A DNA stretch of 64,000 nt from Acidimicrobiales bacterium (GCA_046596195.1 JBKJNA010000027.1:913-64912), one strand, 5' to 3'; numbered from the stretch's first letter, positions 53,594 to 63,425 are shown. The notes: generated by a model not told the origin, from the letters alone. Program-made: numbers and translations.

Positions 53594-54195
53594 CAGGAAC
53601 ACGCCTTCGCGAAGTTGGCCAGCACACGCGCACCGACGGCTCCGGACTTCTCCGGGTGGAACTGCGTCGCCCACAGGGGACCGCGTTCGACAGCGGCGAC
53701 CACAGTGCCCCCGTAGTCGCAGGTGGCGACAACGTCAGCAGTCGGAGCAGGCGCGAATGAATGCACGAAGTACACCCAGGGCTCGGGCCCGAGGCCATCG
53801 AGTAGCGCACTCGCGGGGCGGGTGGGAACGAGCACGTTCCACTGCATCTGCGGCCGCTTGACGCCGTCCGGCAACCGGACGACGGTCGCATCGATCACAC
53901 CCAGCCCGTCGATCCCGGGGCTCTCCTCGGACGACGCATACAGCATCTGCATGCCGATGCAGATGCCGAGGAAGGGCGTTCCCGCAGCGATGGCGTCGAA
54001 CGCAACCTTGTCGAGCCCGGTCGACCGGAGCGCTTCCATGCACCGCCCGAACGCCCCGACCCCAGGAAGCACAACTCCCGCCGCACCCGCAGCCGAGGCC
54101 GGATCGCTGACGAGGACGGCGTCCGCCCCGGCCTTCTCCAACGCCTTCTGTGCCGACCGGAGGTTCCCGATCCCGTAGTCGAGGACAGCGATCAC
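53593..54195 (-). CDS. hisH: Imidazole glycerol phosphate synthase glutamine amidotransferase subunit
   Basis: Contains IAVLDYGIGNLRSAQKAL, the nucleophile motif GICIGMQML and HSF. In-frame GTG at 54195. Confidence 0.9.
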   Translation of the reverse strand: MIAVLDYGIGNLRSAQKALEKAGADAVLVSDPASAAGAAGVVLPGVGAFGRCMEALRSTGLDKVAFDAIAAGTPFLGICIGMQMLYASSEESPGIDGLGVIDATVVRLPDGVKRPQMQWNVLVPTRPASALLDGLGPEPWVYFVHSFAPAPTADVVATCDYGGTVVAAVERGPLWATQFHPEKSGAVGARVLANFAKACS

Positions 54196-54259
54196 TGGCG
54201 ATCCCGCCTCGCGGTGTCGGGAGGCATCCCACCGACCCGAACGGCGCCCGCCGATCGGA

Positions 54260-54859
54260 TCACAACGAGCCTTTCGTCGAGGGCACACCGACACCGTCGA
54301 CCCGGATCGCATCGCGCAAGGCCCGGGCCACGCCCTTGAACGAGGCCTCCAGGATGTGGTGCGTATTGCGACCACTCCGCAACCGGATGTGCAACGTGAT
54401 GCCAGCCGACGTGGCGAACGACTGGAAGAAATGCTCCCCCATCTGCGGGTCGAACGGCGGCGTCCCCAGCGGCAACGAATCGGGCGGGCATTCCACCTCG
54501 TAGACGATGAACGGACGTCCGGACAGGTCCAGGGCGACCTCGACCAGGGCCTCGTCCAGGGGCAGGAGGATCGACCCGAAGCGCCGGATCCCCTCCTTGT
54601 CCCCCAAGGCTTCGCGCACAGCCTCGCCCACCACGATGGCCACGTCCTCGACCGTGTGGTGGGTATCCACGTGCAGGTCGCCCCGGGCGACGACCTTGAG
54701 GTCGATACCGCCGTGGCGCCCGAGCTGGGAGACCATGTGGTCGAAGAAGGGCAGGCCGGTATCGACCTCGGTGGCGCCGGTGCCGTCGAGGTCGACCCGG
54801 ACCTCGATCTCGGTCTCCTTGGTCGACCGGGTGCGGGTGGCGGTACGGGGCGACGTCAC
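54260..54859 (-). CDS. hisB: Imidazoleglycerol-phosphate dehydratase
   Basis: Contains TKETEIEV..DLDG, GLPFFDHM, DTHHTVEDV and HHILEA. The GTG at 54859 overlaps the hisC stop as GTGA. Confidence 0.9.
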   Translation of the reverse strand: MTSPRTATRTRSTKETEIEVRVDLDGTGATEVDTGLPFFDHMVSQLGRHGGIDLKVVARGDLHVDTHHTVEDVAIVVGEAVREALGDKEGIRRFGSILLPLDEALVEVALDLSGRPFIVYEVECPPDSLPLGTPPFDPQMGEHFFQSFATSAGITLHIRLRSGRNTHHILEASFKGVARALRDAIRVDGVGVPSTKGSL

Positions 54860-55917
54860 AGGACCTCCGCTACGGCGGCGAGGAACGTGTCGTCCTCGGC
54901 GGGGGTGCCGACCGTGACCCGGAGGCAGCCGTCGAGGCCGGGCCACGAGCTGCAGTTGCGCACCAGCACCGACCGGTCGAGCAGCCCCTGCCACACCTCG
55001 GCCGACGGCCGCGAGCGGGGCCGGAACAGGATGAAGTTGGCGTCGGACGGCCACGTCTCCAGGTCGAGATCGGCCAGGGCGGCGAAAAGGCGGTCGCGCT
55101 CGGCCGCCACCGCCCGCACCCGCGCGTCCATCTCGGCCCGGTAGCGCAGGGCGAGGAGGCCGGCCGCCTGCTTCACCGCGTCGAGGTGGTACGGCAGGGC
55201 CCGCGCCTCCATCTCGGCCACCACCGACGCCGGGCCGATGACGTAGCCGAGGCGGGCGGCCGCCATCGACCACGTCTTCGAGTAGGTGCGCACCACGGCC
55301 AGGCCGGCGTCGTCGTCCACCAGCTCGACGGCCGACCACGGCGCGAACTGGCCGTACGCCTCGTCCACCACCACCAGGCCCGGGGCGAGGTCGACCACGT
55401 CGGTGACCACGGCCGGAGGGTCGGCCCGGCCGGTGGGGTTGTTCGGCGAGCACAGGAAGGTGACGGCCGGGTCGGCCTCGGCCACGACCCGTTTCACCTC
55501 GCCGATGTCGAGGGTGAAGTCGGGGGCCCGGTCACCGGTGGTCACGCCCGTGCCGGTGAGGCGGGCGATGTGGGAGTGCAGCGCGTAGGTGGGCTCGAAC
55601 ACGGCCGCCGTCCGCCCCGGCCCGCCGTAGGTGAGCAGCAGGACCTGGAGCACCTCGTTGGAGCCGTTGGCGGCGAAGACCTGCTCGGGTCGCACCCCGT
55701 GCAGCTCGGCCAGCCCGGCCCGCAGGGCGGTGGCCGAGCGGTCTGGATAGCGGTTGAACGCGATGGCGGCGACCGCTGCGGCCAGCTCGTCGACCCAGGC
55801 CTGTGGTGGCGGGTAAGGCGACTCGTTGGTGTTGAGGCGCACGGCCACGTCGACCTGGGGCGAGTGGTAGCCCGCGCCGAGGCCCTGGTCGGGGCGCGGC
55901 GGGATCAGCGCTGCCAT
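54856..55917 (-). CDS. hisC: Histidinol-phosphate aminotransferase
   Basis: Contains LNTNESPYPPP, a class-II aminotransferase core, and the PLP lysine in YSKTWSMA. Confidence 0.9.
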   Translation of the reverse strand: MAALIPPRPDQGLGAGYHSPQVDVAVRLNTNESPYPPPQAWVDELAAAVAAIAFNRYPDRSATALRAGLAELHGVRPEQVFAANGSNEVLQVLLLTYGGPGRTAAVFEPTYALHSHIARLTGTGVTTGDRAPDFTLDIGEVKRVVAEADPAVTFLCSPNNPTGRADPPAVVTDVVDLAPGLVVVDEAYGQFAPWSAVELVDDDAGLAVVRTYSKTWSMAAARLGYVIGPASVVAEMEARALPYHLDAVKQAAGLLALRYRAEMDARVRAVAAERDRLFAALADLDLETWPSDANFILFRPRSRPSAEVWQGLLDRSVLVRNCSSWPGLDGCLRVTVGTPAEDDTFLAAVAEVL

Positions 55918-57197
55918 CGGAGGTTGACCGACTGGGCGTGGGCGGGCAGGCCCTCGGCGTCCGCGATGGCAGCCACGTGGGGGGCGATACGGGCCAGCGT
56001 GGGCTCGTCGAGCGACACCACGTGCACCGCCTTCACGAAGTCGTCCACCCGCAGGGCGCCCGAGAAGCGGGCCGAGCCGTAGGTGGGCAGGACGTGGCTG
56101 GGGCCGGCCAGGTAGTCGCCCACGCTGGCGGGAGCGAAGGCGCCGCAGAACACGGCGCCGGCGTGGCGCACCAGGGGCAGCAGCGCCTCGGGGTCGGCCG
56201 TCATCAGCTCGAGGTGCTCGGGGGCGATGGCGTTGGCCACCTCGATGGCCTGCTCGGGCCCGTCGACCAGGGCGGTGTAGCCGTTGGCCGCCAGGTTGGC
56301 CTCGATGACCGCCCGGCGCGGGTTGGTGGCGGCCAGGCGGGTGATCTCCGCCTCGATGCGGCTCGCCGCCTCCTCTGACCAGGTGATGAGCCAGCCCACG
56401 CTGTCGGGACCGTGCTCGACCTGCACGATGACGTCGATGGCGGCGTAGGTGACCGGCGTGGTGTCGTCGGCCACGACGACCACCTCGCTCGGTCCCGGGA
56501 ACGAGCCCGGCACGCCCACCACACCCTCGGCCGCCACCTGCTGCTTGGCTACCGAGGTGAACAACCCGCCGGGCCCCACGATCACATCAACCGGGCGGAT
56601 CGACTCGGTGCCGTAGGCCATGGCCGCCACCGCCTGGGCGCCGCCGATCCGGAACACCTCGTCGACGCCTGCCAGCGCAGCCGCGGCCAGGATGCCGGGT
56701 GCCACCGTGGCGCCCTCGGCGGTGGGCGGCGAGCACAGGACGACCTCGCCCACGCCCGCCACACGGGCGGGAATGGCGGTCATCAGCACGGTGGACATGA
56801 GGGGCGCCTCACCGCCGGGGATGCACAGGCCGGCCCGGTCGACGGGCCGGTACAGCTCCCGGAGGACGATGCCGTCGCGCTCGTGGCGGGCGTCCTCGCG
56901 CACCTGGTGGCGGTGGTAGGCGAGGACGTTGGCCCTCGATGCCTCAAGCGCCTCGCGCAGCAGGGGCGGGATCGACTCCAGGGCGGCGTCGATCTCGGCC
57001 TGCGGGACGCGCAGCGCCCCGAGGCGCACACCGTCGAACTTCTCGGTGAGGTTGCGGACGGCGTCGTCACCGCCCGAGCGGACCTCGGCCAGGATCGCCT
57101 GGACGGCGGCGACCGGGAGGTTGGTGGCGGCGGTGGGCCGGGGCAGGCGGGCGCGCCAGTCACCGTCGGTGCCGCGCAGGTCGAGTCGGGTGAGCAT
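55905..57197 (-). CDS. hisD: Histidinol dehydrogenase
   Basis: Contains IDVIVQVEHGPDS and GDYLAGPSHVLPT. In-frame ATG at 57197 (MLTRLDLRG); the upstream ORF extension is non-coding. Confidence 0.9.
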   Translation of the reverse strand: MLTRLDLRGTDGDWRARLPRPTAATNLPVAAVQAILAEVRSGGDDAVRNLTEKFDGVRLGALRVPQAEIDAALESIPPLLREALEASRANVLAYHRHQVREDARHERDGIVLRELYRPVDRAGLCIPGGEAPLMSTVLMTAIPARVAGVGEVVLCSPPTAEGATVAPGILAAAALAGVDEVFRIGGAQAVAAMAYGTESIRPVDVIVGPGGLFTSVAKQQVAAEGVVGVPGSFPGPSEVVVVADDTTPVTYAAIDVIVQVEHGPDSVGWLITWSEEAASRIEAEITRLAATNPRRAVIEANLAANGYTALVDGPEQAIEVANAIAPEHLELMTADPEALLPLVRHAGAVFCGAFAPASVGDYLAGPSHVLPTYGSARFSGALRVDDFVKAVHVVSLDEPTLARIAPHVAAIADAEGLPAHAQSVNLRWQR

Positions 57198-57302
57198 GGG
57201 GAAGGACGATCGTACCGCCGCCCCCGCCACCCCCTTCGGTGGCTGCCCCGGCACCACGTCGGCCACGACGATTCCGAGGAGCGCCGTCCGGCGGGGTGGA
57301 GC

Positions 57303-57318
57303 TGCACGGGCCCGTGCA
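57303..57318. promoter_or_regulatory. Perfect 16-bp palindrome TGCACGGGCCCGTGCA between hisD and a divergent small ORF
   Basis: Self-complementary over all 16 nt. It lies 106 nt upstream of the hisD ATG and 76 nt upstream of ATG 57394. Confidence 0.35.
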
Positions 57319-57393
57319 CCGGTCCTGGCGGCAGGCGACCCGGGACCGCAGCCCACCGGAACGACCGCCGGGCGAGGAGGGCACAATGGGGCC

Positions 57394-57615
57394 ATGTCGT
57401 CGCCCACCGCCGAGTTGTCCTCTCTCGCGACCGCCCTGGACGACGTCGCCAAGCGGGTCACCGCCATCGCCGAGTCCTACGCCGGCGCCCGCAGGGACGA
57501 CCTCGCCACCGAGCTCTACCAGGTCGAACGAGCGCTCGCCGGAGCCCGCAGAGGCCTGGCCAGAGTCCTCGACAGCTCCCGCCCGTCAGGTCGATCAAGA
57601 CCCGGAGCCCGCTGA
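57394..57615 (+). CDS. Small helical hypothetical protein (73 aa)
   Basis: GAGGAGG at 57375-57381. The sequence MSSPTAELSSLATALDDVAKRVTAIAESY... is coiled-coil-like with good GC3 bias. Confidence 0.45.
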   Translation: MSSPTAELSSLATALDDVAKRVTAIAESYAGARRDDLATELYQVERALAGARRGLARVLDSSRPSGRSRPGAR

Positions 57616-57691
57616 GCGGGCCGGAAGACGCCGGTCATCCCCCGCACCGTCAGACTCGTCGAAGGAACCTCCGGTTCCGAGGCGAAAGAGA

Positions 57692-57717
57692 CCGACGGCG
57701 CCCGAAGGCGCCGTCGG
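57692..57717. terminator. Bidirectional-type hairpin between convergent genes
   Basis: CCGACGGCGCC-cgaa-GGCGCCGTCGG is an 11-bp stem. On the minus strand it is followed by TCTCTTTCG. A second small hairpin, GGAACC-tcc-GGTTCC, is at 57664-57678. Confidence 0.55.
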
Positions 57718-57766
57718 CCGAGCGGCGGCGGGACCGCTCTGGGGACGAGAGGCGGGGACTCGTCCC

Positions 57767-58498
57767 TCAGTTGTTTGGAACGACGGGAGCTTCGCCGTTG
57801 TTCCCGGGCGCCGACTCGTGCGCAGGGTCGCCCGGCATCGGCGGCTTTGTGTGCTCGGGGTCGCGCTGCACGACCTGGGTCGCCTTGGCGTCCTTGGAGA
57901 TCACCATGGCCGGCTCGCCCTTCTTGATGCCGGCGGCGTCAGCGATGCCGTGGTACTTGGTGTCGGCGGTCAGGGCGATGGTGACGGTCTCACCGTCGGG
58001 TCGGTCAAGGACGATCCTGGAGCCGTCGGTCGTCGCGTCCACCTTCCCGCGGTCGAAGGTGACCGTCTGCCACGTGCCCTCGGTGGGACCCGGCACCACG
58101 ACGCTTCCGTGCACCGCCTTGCCCAGCAGGCCGAGGCCGGCGTGGCCGGGACGCCCGGGGCCACCGGGGCCCGGGCCCGGATGCCCGGGGCCGTGCGGGG
58201 CGCCGGCGGGCCGACACGCCCGGCGGGCGGCGGCGTCCCCACCTGCGGCCTCGATGCAGGCCCGGACCGCGTCGTGCTTGGCCTGCCGCTCGGCTGCAGC
58301 GAGCGGCGCATGCTGCGTGACGGGGTCGCCCGGGGTGGATGCGTGCGGGACCGTCTCGTCCGTCTGGGCAGCGGCGAGCACGGTGGGCCGCGCGGGGCTG
58401 CCCCCCGCCCAGGCAGCGGCGGCGCCTCCGAACACCAGGCCGGCCAGCACGACCACGGCTGCATTTCGTTTCAGTAGCGACATCGGGTTCTCCTTCAA
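57767..58498 (-). CDS. Secreted hypothetical protein with a Gly/Pro/His-rich linker
   Basis: Signal peptide LLKRNAAVVVLAGLVFGGAAAAWA, a HGPGHPGPGPGGPGRPGH tract and a beta-rich C-terminal domain. Confidence 0.55.
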   Translation of the reverse strand: MKENPMSLLKRNAAVVVLAGLVFGGAAAAWAGGSPARPTVLAAAQTDETVPHASTPGDPVTQHAPLAAAERQAKHDAVRACIEAAGGDAAARRACRPAGAPHGPGHPGPGPGGPGRPGHAGLGLLGKAVHGSVVVPGPTEGTWQTVTFDRGKVDATTDGSRIVLDRPDGETVTIALTADTKYHGIADAAGIKKGEPAMVISKDAKATQVVQRDPEHTKPPMPGDPAHESAPGNNGEAPVVPNN

Positions 58499-58519
58499 CA
58501 GTGGGTGGGCCCTCGGTCC

Positions 58520-59257
58520 TCAGGATCGACGGCCCTCGTGAGGAGAATGCAGCGAACGTGTGAGGGAAGTGTGAGGGGCCTGCGATTTCGCGGCAAGGCG
58601 GCGGGCCGGCACCAGCGATGTCGGGCAGAAGTCGGCCAGCACGCAGGCCTCGCACCGGGGCTTGCGGGCCACGCACACCGCCCGGCCGTGCAGGATCAGG
58701 CGGAGGCTGAGGGCGCCTCCGTCGGCGGTGGGCACCATGGCGTTGAGATCGGCCTCCACCTTCACCGGGTCGTCGTGGACGGTGAGGGCCAGGCGTCGGC
58801 TCAGGCGGCCGACATGGGTGTCCACCGGCAGGCCGGGCAGGCCGAAACCGACGCTGCGCACCACGTTGGCCGTCTTGCGCCCCACGCCGGGGATGGTGAC
58901 CAGGTCGGCCATGGCGGTGGGCACCTCGCCGTCATAGCGGTCCACCAGGGCCGCGGCCATGCCGATCAGGCTTCTGGCCTTGGCCCGGAAGAAGCCGGTG
59001 GGGTGGATGAGGGCCTCCAACTCGCCGGGCTCGGCTCCGACGAGGTCGGCGGGCGTCGGATAGCGAGCGAACAACGCCGGCGTCACCAGGTTCACACGCG
59101 CGTCGGTGGTCTGGGCCGACAGGATCGTGGCGGCGAGAAGCTGGAACGCGTTGTCATGGCGGAGCGCGCACAGCTCGGCGGCGGTGCCCGGGTACTCCGC
59201 CGCCAGGCGGGCAAGCGTCTCCCGCGCCCGCCCCTTGGGGGTTCGGGGCCTTGTCAT
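58520..59257 (-). CDS. nth: Endonuclease III
   Basis: Contains ILSAQTTD, the HhH-GPD motif IPGVGRKTANVV, and the 4Fe-4S cluster motif C.ARKPRCEACVLADFC. Confidence 0.9.
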   Translation of the reverse strand: MTRPRTPKGRARETLARLAAEYPGTAAELCALRHDNAFQLLAATILSAQTTDARVNLVTPALFARYPTPADLVGAEPGELEALIHPTGFFRAKARSLIGMAAALVDRYDGEVPTAMADLVTIPGVGRKTANVVRSVGFGLPGLPVDTHVGRLSRRLALTVHDDPVKVEADLNAMVPTADGGALSLRLILHGRAVCVARKPRCEACVLADFCPTSLVPARRLAAKSQAPHTSLTRSLHSPHEGRRS

Positions 59258-59271
59258 GAGGAGCCACTACT

Positions 59272-60192
59272 TTGGCATTCGTGCATCACCTCGAGGTGAA
59301 GCGGCAGATGGGGCAGGGCGACATCGACGCCGTGCGGGAGCTGCTCGAGGTGGCCACCGAGGCCGACGGCCATCCGCCTCTCGGCGAGCACCAGTGGCTC
59401 GACCTTGTGGAGGGCGGCCGCGCCGGCTTCGCCGGCCTGGTGGCCTGGGAGCCGGGCCACGACCACCCCGTGGGCTATGCCCAGGTCACCCGGGGCGACA
59501 CCAGCTGGGCCCTTGAATTCGTCGTCGACCCCCACCACCGGGACACCGGCTGTGCCATCGACCGGGACCTGGTGCGCGCCGCCCTCGACGTGGTGCGCGA
59601 CGAGGGCGGGGGCCGCATCACCCTCTGGGTTCCGAAACCCACCGAGGACCGCGACAAGGTCGCCACCGATGCAGGCCTGCGTCGCGTCCGGGACCTGTGC
59701 CAGATGCGCCGTCCCCTGCCCGCGAGCCGGCCCTTCGAGCTCGCCACCCGGCCGTTCGAGCCCGGTCACGATGAGACGGCATGGCTCGAGGTCAACAACC
59801 GGGCTTTCGCCGCCCACCCCGAGCAGGGCGGGTGGGATCTCGAGACGCTGAAGCGCCGGGAGGCCGAGCCCTGGTTCGACCCTGCCGGCTTCCTGCTCCA
59901 CGAACGCGACGGCCTCCTGGCCGGGTTCTGCTGGACCAAGGTGCACGACCACGACTCGCCTGCGCTGGGCGAGATCTACGTGGTGGCCGTCCACCCCGAC
60001 TTCCAGGGTGAGGGCCTCGGGCGGCGCCTCGTACTTGCCGGTCTCGACTCGCTGGCCCGGCAGGGGCTCACCACCGGCATGCTCTACGTGGACTCGTCCA
60101 ACGGGGGCGCGGTGCACCTCTACGAGGACCTTGGGTTCACCGTCGACCATGTGGACCGGGCCTACGTCGGCGAGGTGGCGGCGGGAGGCTGA
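59272..60192 (+). CDS. mshD: Mycothiol synthase (two-domain GNAT)
   Basis: 306 aa with tandem GNAT halves. The N-terminal ATEADGHPPLGEH and the second-domain GEIYVVAVHPDFQGEGLGRRL are typical of MshD. Confidence 0.7.
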   Translation: MAFVHHLEVKRQMGQGDIDAVRELLEVATEADGHPPLGEHQWLDLVEGGRAGFAGLVAWEPGHDHPVGYAQVTRGDTSWALEFVVDPHHRDTGCAIDRDLVRAALDVVRDEGGGRITLWVPKPTEDRDKVATDAGLRRVRDLCQMRRPLPASRPFELATRPFEPGHDETAWLEVNNRAFAAHPEQGGWDLETLKRREAEPWFDPAGFLLHERDGLLAGFCWTKVHDHDSPALGEIYVVAVHPDFQGEGLGRRLVLAGLDSLARQGLTTGMLYVDSSNGGAVHLYEDLGFTVDHVDRAYVGEVAAGG

Positions 60193-60246
60193 TCTGCGCC
60201 GCCTGGGTGGCGGCGCAAAACGAGGCGAGGCGGGGCGGCGGTGGCG

Positions 60247-61020
60247 CTATGTGAGGCCGCCGACACCCACTGCGTTGCCGACGGCGAAGGTGACCCCTGC
60301 GGCGGCAGCGGCGATGACGAGCTGGCGGACGGCCGACTTCACGGGCGAGCGGCCGGTGAAGGCGGCCAGGGCCAGCCCGACCCCCACGGAGGCAAGGGCG
60401 CCGACCACCACCGAGGCGAGGGTGGCACCGGCGCCCTTGGCGAAGAACCACGGGAGCAGGGGGAGGATGGCGCCGCAGGCGAATGCCACGAACGACGACA
60501 GCGAGGCGGTGCGTGGCGACCCAAGCTCGTTGGGGTCGATCCCCAGCTCCTCCCGGGCGTGGGTCTCGAGGGCCAGCTCGGGATCGCGCATCATCTCTGT
60601 GGCCAGCTCGTCGGCCGTGTGGGGCGCCACGCCCCGCTCCCGGTAGATGGCGGCAAGCTCCCGCCGCTCGTTCTCGGGCCGGCGCTTGATCTCGATGCGC
60701 TCCAGGTCCAGCTCCCGCTCGAGCAGCTCCGACTGTGCCTTCATCGACACGTACTCCCCCGCCGCCATGGAGAACGCCCCGCCCACCAGGCCGGCCAGAC
60801 CGGCCAGGCGGACGACGCCGGGCGCCGGGTTGGCGCCGGCCACGCCGAGGATGAGCGACACGTTGGACACGAGCCCGTCGCTCACGCCGAAGACCGCGGC
60901 CCGGGCCGCTCCCCCCTGAATCCTGCGGTGGTGGTGCTCGTGGGGTACCTCGGAGGCATGACCGGCACCGGCCGCCGGAGCGGGTTCGGCGCTGGGTGAC
61001 GGTGTCGAGATGCGCTCCAT
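60247..61020 (-). CDS. VIT1/CCC1 family iron/manganese transporter
   Basis: Contains AAVFGVSDGLVSNVSLILGVAGA, a central ferritin-like/EF region, and C-terminal TM helices. Confidence 0.8.
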   Translation of the reverse strand: MERISTPSPSAEPAPAAGAGHASEVPHEHHHRRIQGGAARAAVFGVSDGLVSNVSLILGVAGANPAPGVVRLAGLAGLVGGAFSMAAGEYVSMKAQSELLERELDLERIEIKRRPENERRELAAIYRERGVAPHTADELATEMMRDPELALETHAREELGIDPNELGSPRTASLSSFVAFACGAILPLLPWFFAKGAGATLASVVVGALASVGVGLALAAFTGRSPVKSAVRQLVIAAAAAGVTFAVGNAVGVGGLT

Positions 61021-61041
61021 GTCCCCCTAGCCTACGGGGCT

Positions 61042-62079
61042 GTGGCCCGCTACGACCTCACGCCGACGGACATGGCCGGGCTGCTCGCCAGCGAGCCCGC
61101 CTACCGCGCCCGCCAGGTGTGGGACGGGCTCTACCGCCAGGGCAAAGGGCCCGAGCAGTTGACCGCGCTCCCCCGCATGTTGCGGGACCGGCTGGCGTCG
61201 GAGCCGGCGCTGGCGCCCGCCCTCAGCCTCGACGCCGAGGTGGAGTCGGACGGCGGCGACACCGTCAAGTGGCGTTGGGCGCTGCACGACGGCCGCATGA
61301 TCGAGACGGTCCTGATGCACTACACCGGCCGCACCACCGTGTGCGTGTCCAGTCAGGCCGGGTGCGCCATGGCCTGCGGCTTTTGCGCCACCGGCCAGGC
61401 CGGGTTCGAGCGCAGCCTGACCACCGGCGAGATCGTGGAGCAGGTCGTCCGGGCGGCCGCCAAGGCCCGTGGCAAGGACCGGCGCCTGTCCAACGTGGTC
61501 TTCATGGGCATGGGCGAGCCCCTCGCCAACTACGACCGGGTGTGGGCGGCGGTCGAGCGCCTCCACGCCGACGCCGGCCTGTCCGCCCGCCACCTCACCA
61601 TCTCCACCATCGGCATCGTCCCCGGCATCCGCCGCCTGGCCGCCGCCCCCCTGCCGGTCAACCTGGCGGTGTCCCTCCACGCCGCAGACGACGCCCTCCG
61701 CGACGAGCTGGTGCCGATCAACCGCCGGTACCCGCTGGGGGAGCTGATGGAGGCCTGCCGGGTGTGGGTCGACGCCAAGGGCCGGCGCCTGTCGTTCGAG
61801 TGGGCACTCATCGCCGGCGTGAACGACCGCCCGGCCGACGCCGCCCGCCTCGCCACCCTCGCCCGGGACGTGCGGGCCCACGTGAACCTCATCCCCCTCA
61901 ACCCCACCCCCGGCTTCCTCACGAGGGGCACGCCGGCGGCCGGGGTGCGGGCGTTCGCCGCCCTGCTGACCTCCCTCGGCGTGAACGCCACCGTCCGCCG
62001 CAACCGGGGCACCGACATCGACGCCGCCTGCGGGCAGTTGGCGGCGCAGGTCACCCAGCGCCCGGATAGGACAGACTGA
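61042..62079 (+). CDS. rlmN: 23S rRNA (adenine2503-C2)-methyltransferase, radical SAM
   Basis: Contains CVSSQAGCAMACGFCATG (CxxxCxxC), GMGEPLAN and NLIPLNP. Confidence 0.9.
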   Translation: MARYDLTPTDMAGLLASEPAYRARQVWDGLYRQGKGPEQLTALPRMLRDRLASEPALAPALSLDAEVESDGGDTVKWRWALHDGRMIETVLMHYTGRTTVCVSSQAGCAMACGFCATGQAGFERSLTTGEIVEQVVRAAAKARGKDRRLSNVVFMGMGEPLANYDRVWAAVERLHADAGLSARHLTISTIGIVPGIRRLAAAPLPVNLAVSLHAADDALRDELVPINRRYPLGELMEACRVWVDAKGRRLSFEWALIAGVNDRPADAARLATLARDVRAHVNLIPLNPTPGFLTRGTPAAGVRAFAALLTSLGVNATVRRNRGTDIDAACGQLAAQVTQRPDRTD

Positions 62080-62083
62080 GTCG

Positions 62084-62449
62084 ATGGAGACAGGTCAGTG
62101 GATGAACCGGGGCCAGCCGCAGACCCTGCAGATCGCGGTGTTCCTCCTGTACGCCAACGCCGTGTTCCTGGTGCTCGACATGCTGCGCTACAGCGTGTTC
62201 CCGCCGCTGTTCCTGCTGAACGCGGTCGGCCTCGTGGTCGCCGGCAACCGCATCGCCAACGAGCGCAAGCTGGAGGGCTACGTCCTCGGCGTGATCATGG
62301 CCTTCAGCCCGTTCCTGCTGCGCTGGTACTACGTCGGGCTCGGCAACGTGTTCTCCACCAGCCTCATCAGCCTCATGTTCGAGATCGCCCTCATCGGACT
62401 GATCCTCCACCCCCAGAGCAGGGACTACCAGCGCATCTGGTTCAAGTAG
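62084..62449 (+). CDS. Small hypothetical membrane protein
   Basis: 121 aa with 3-4 TM helices, starting 2 nt after the rlmN stop. Confidence 0.5.
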   Translation: METGQWMNRGQPQTLQIAVFLLYANAVFLVLDMLRYSVFPPLFLLNAVGLVVAGNRIANERKLEGYVLGVIMAFSPFLLRWYYVGLGNVFSTSLISLMFEIALIGLILHPQSRDYQRIWFK

Positions 62450-62503
62450 CAGCTGCTCCCTCGGGGCCGTCCCTCCGTCGACCGATCGAGGAGTTCTGGA
62501 ACC

Positions 62504-62860
62504 TCAGGCCAACACGCCGCTCAGGTGCACCAGGCGGTTCGGCACAGCCCGGTACCAGACCCAGCGACCTCGTTTCTCGCCGACGATCAGTCCGGCGTCG
62601 GCCAGGACCTTGAGGTGATGGGACACCGTCGGTTGCGAGCGCGCCAGCGGCTCGACCAGCTCGCACACGCAGGCCTCCCCGGTGGGAGCGGATGCCAGCA
62701 TGCTGAGAAGCCGGAGTCGGACCGGGTCGGCAAGCACCGCGAAGTCCTTGGCCAACTCGGCGGCACGTTCCTCCGACAGCGTCGACGCCAGCGCGGCCGG
62801 GCAGCATTCGGCGTCGACCACCGCAATCGTCGCCCCAGACCTCGTCGACCTCGTCGCCAT
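62504..62860 (-). CDS. arsR: ArsR/SmtB family metalloregulator
   Basis: Contains LADPVRLRLLSMLA....ACVCEL......SQPTVSHHLKVLADAGLI. ATG at 62860; the ORF opens with TTG at 62878. Confidence 0.85.
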   Translation of the reverse strand: MATRSTRSGATIAVVDAECCPAALASTLSEERAAELAKDFAVLADPVRLRLLSMLASAPTGEACVCELVEPLARSQPTVSHHLKVLADAGLIVGEKRGRWVWYRAVPNRLVHLSGVLA

Positions 62861-62870
62861 GCCACCACCT

Positions 62871-62921
62871 ATTGACAATGATCGATGGTTCGGGTTAACT
62901 CATCGACGTCAGTCTATCAAT
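62871..62921. promoter_or_regulatory. AT-rich imperfect dyad in the arsR / arsI divergent region (candidate ArsR operator)
   Basis: ATTGA-N6-TCGATG ... CATCGA-N10-TCAAT. It contains the hexamer palindromes ATCGAT, GTTAAC and GACGTC. Confidence 0.4.
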
Positions 62922-62932
62922 TCGGAGGCCCG

Positions 62933-63403
62933 ATGTCGCGAGTCCAGCTTGCCCTCAACGTCGACGACATGGATGCCGCCGTGGGCTTCTACTCGAAGCT
63001 GTTCGCCACCGTCCCTGCCAAGCTGCGGCCTGGCTACGCCAACTTCGCAATCGAGGACCCGCCGCTCAAGCTCGTCCTCTTCGAGCAGCCCGGTGCCGGC
63101 GGCACCATCAATCACCTCGGTGTCGAGGTCTCCAGCGCAGCGGAGGTCGGTGCCGCCCAGATCCGCCTGGCCGGGGAGGGGCTCGCCACCGCCTCCGAAG
63201 ACGGCGTCGACTGCTGCTACGCCCGCCAGGACAAGGTATGGGTCGACGGCCCGTCCGGCGAGCCGTGGGAGATCTACACGGTCCTGGAGCACGTCGAGAT
63301 GCCGGGCGGTCAACTGCGGACCGTCGACCCCGAGACCGGCGCCGCCTGCGGCGCGACGGTCGTTGACCAGACCGTCGAGGCAGGCTCGAACCGATGCTGC
63401 TGA
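62933..63403 (+). CDS. arsI: ArsI/CadI family glyoxalase-fold protein (candidate C-As lyase)
   Basis: The VOC fold begins MSRVQLALNVDDMDAAVGFYSKLF, with metal ligands NHLGVEV. The vicinal Cys pair VDCCYARQDKVW is characteristic of ArsI. GGAGG lies 5 nt upstream of the ATG. Confidence 0.7.
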   Translation: MSRVQLALNVDDMDAAVGFYSKLFATVPAKLRPGYANFAIEDPPLKLVLFEQPGAGGTINHLGVEVSSAAEVGAAQIRLAGEGLATASEDGVDCCYARQDKVWVDGPSGEPWEIYTVLEHVEMPGGQLRTVDPETGAACGATVVDQTVEAGSNRCC

Positions 63404-63425
63404 CGGTTCGAGGAGCTCGGGCCCG

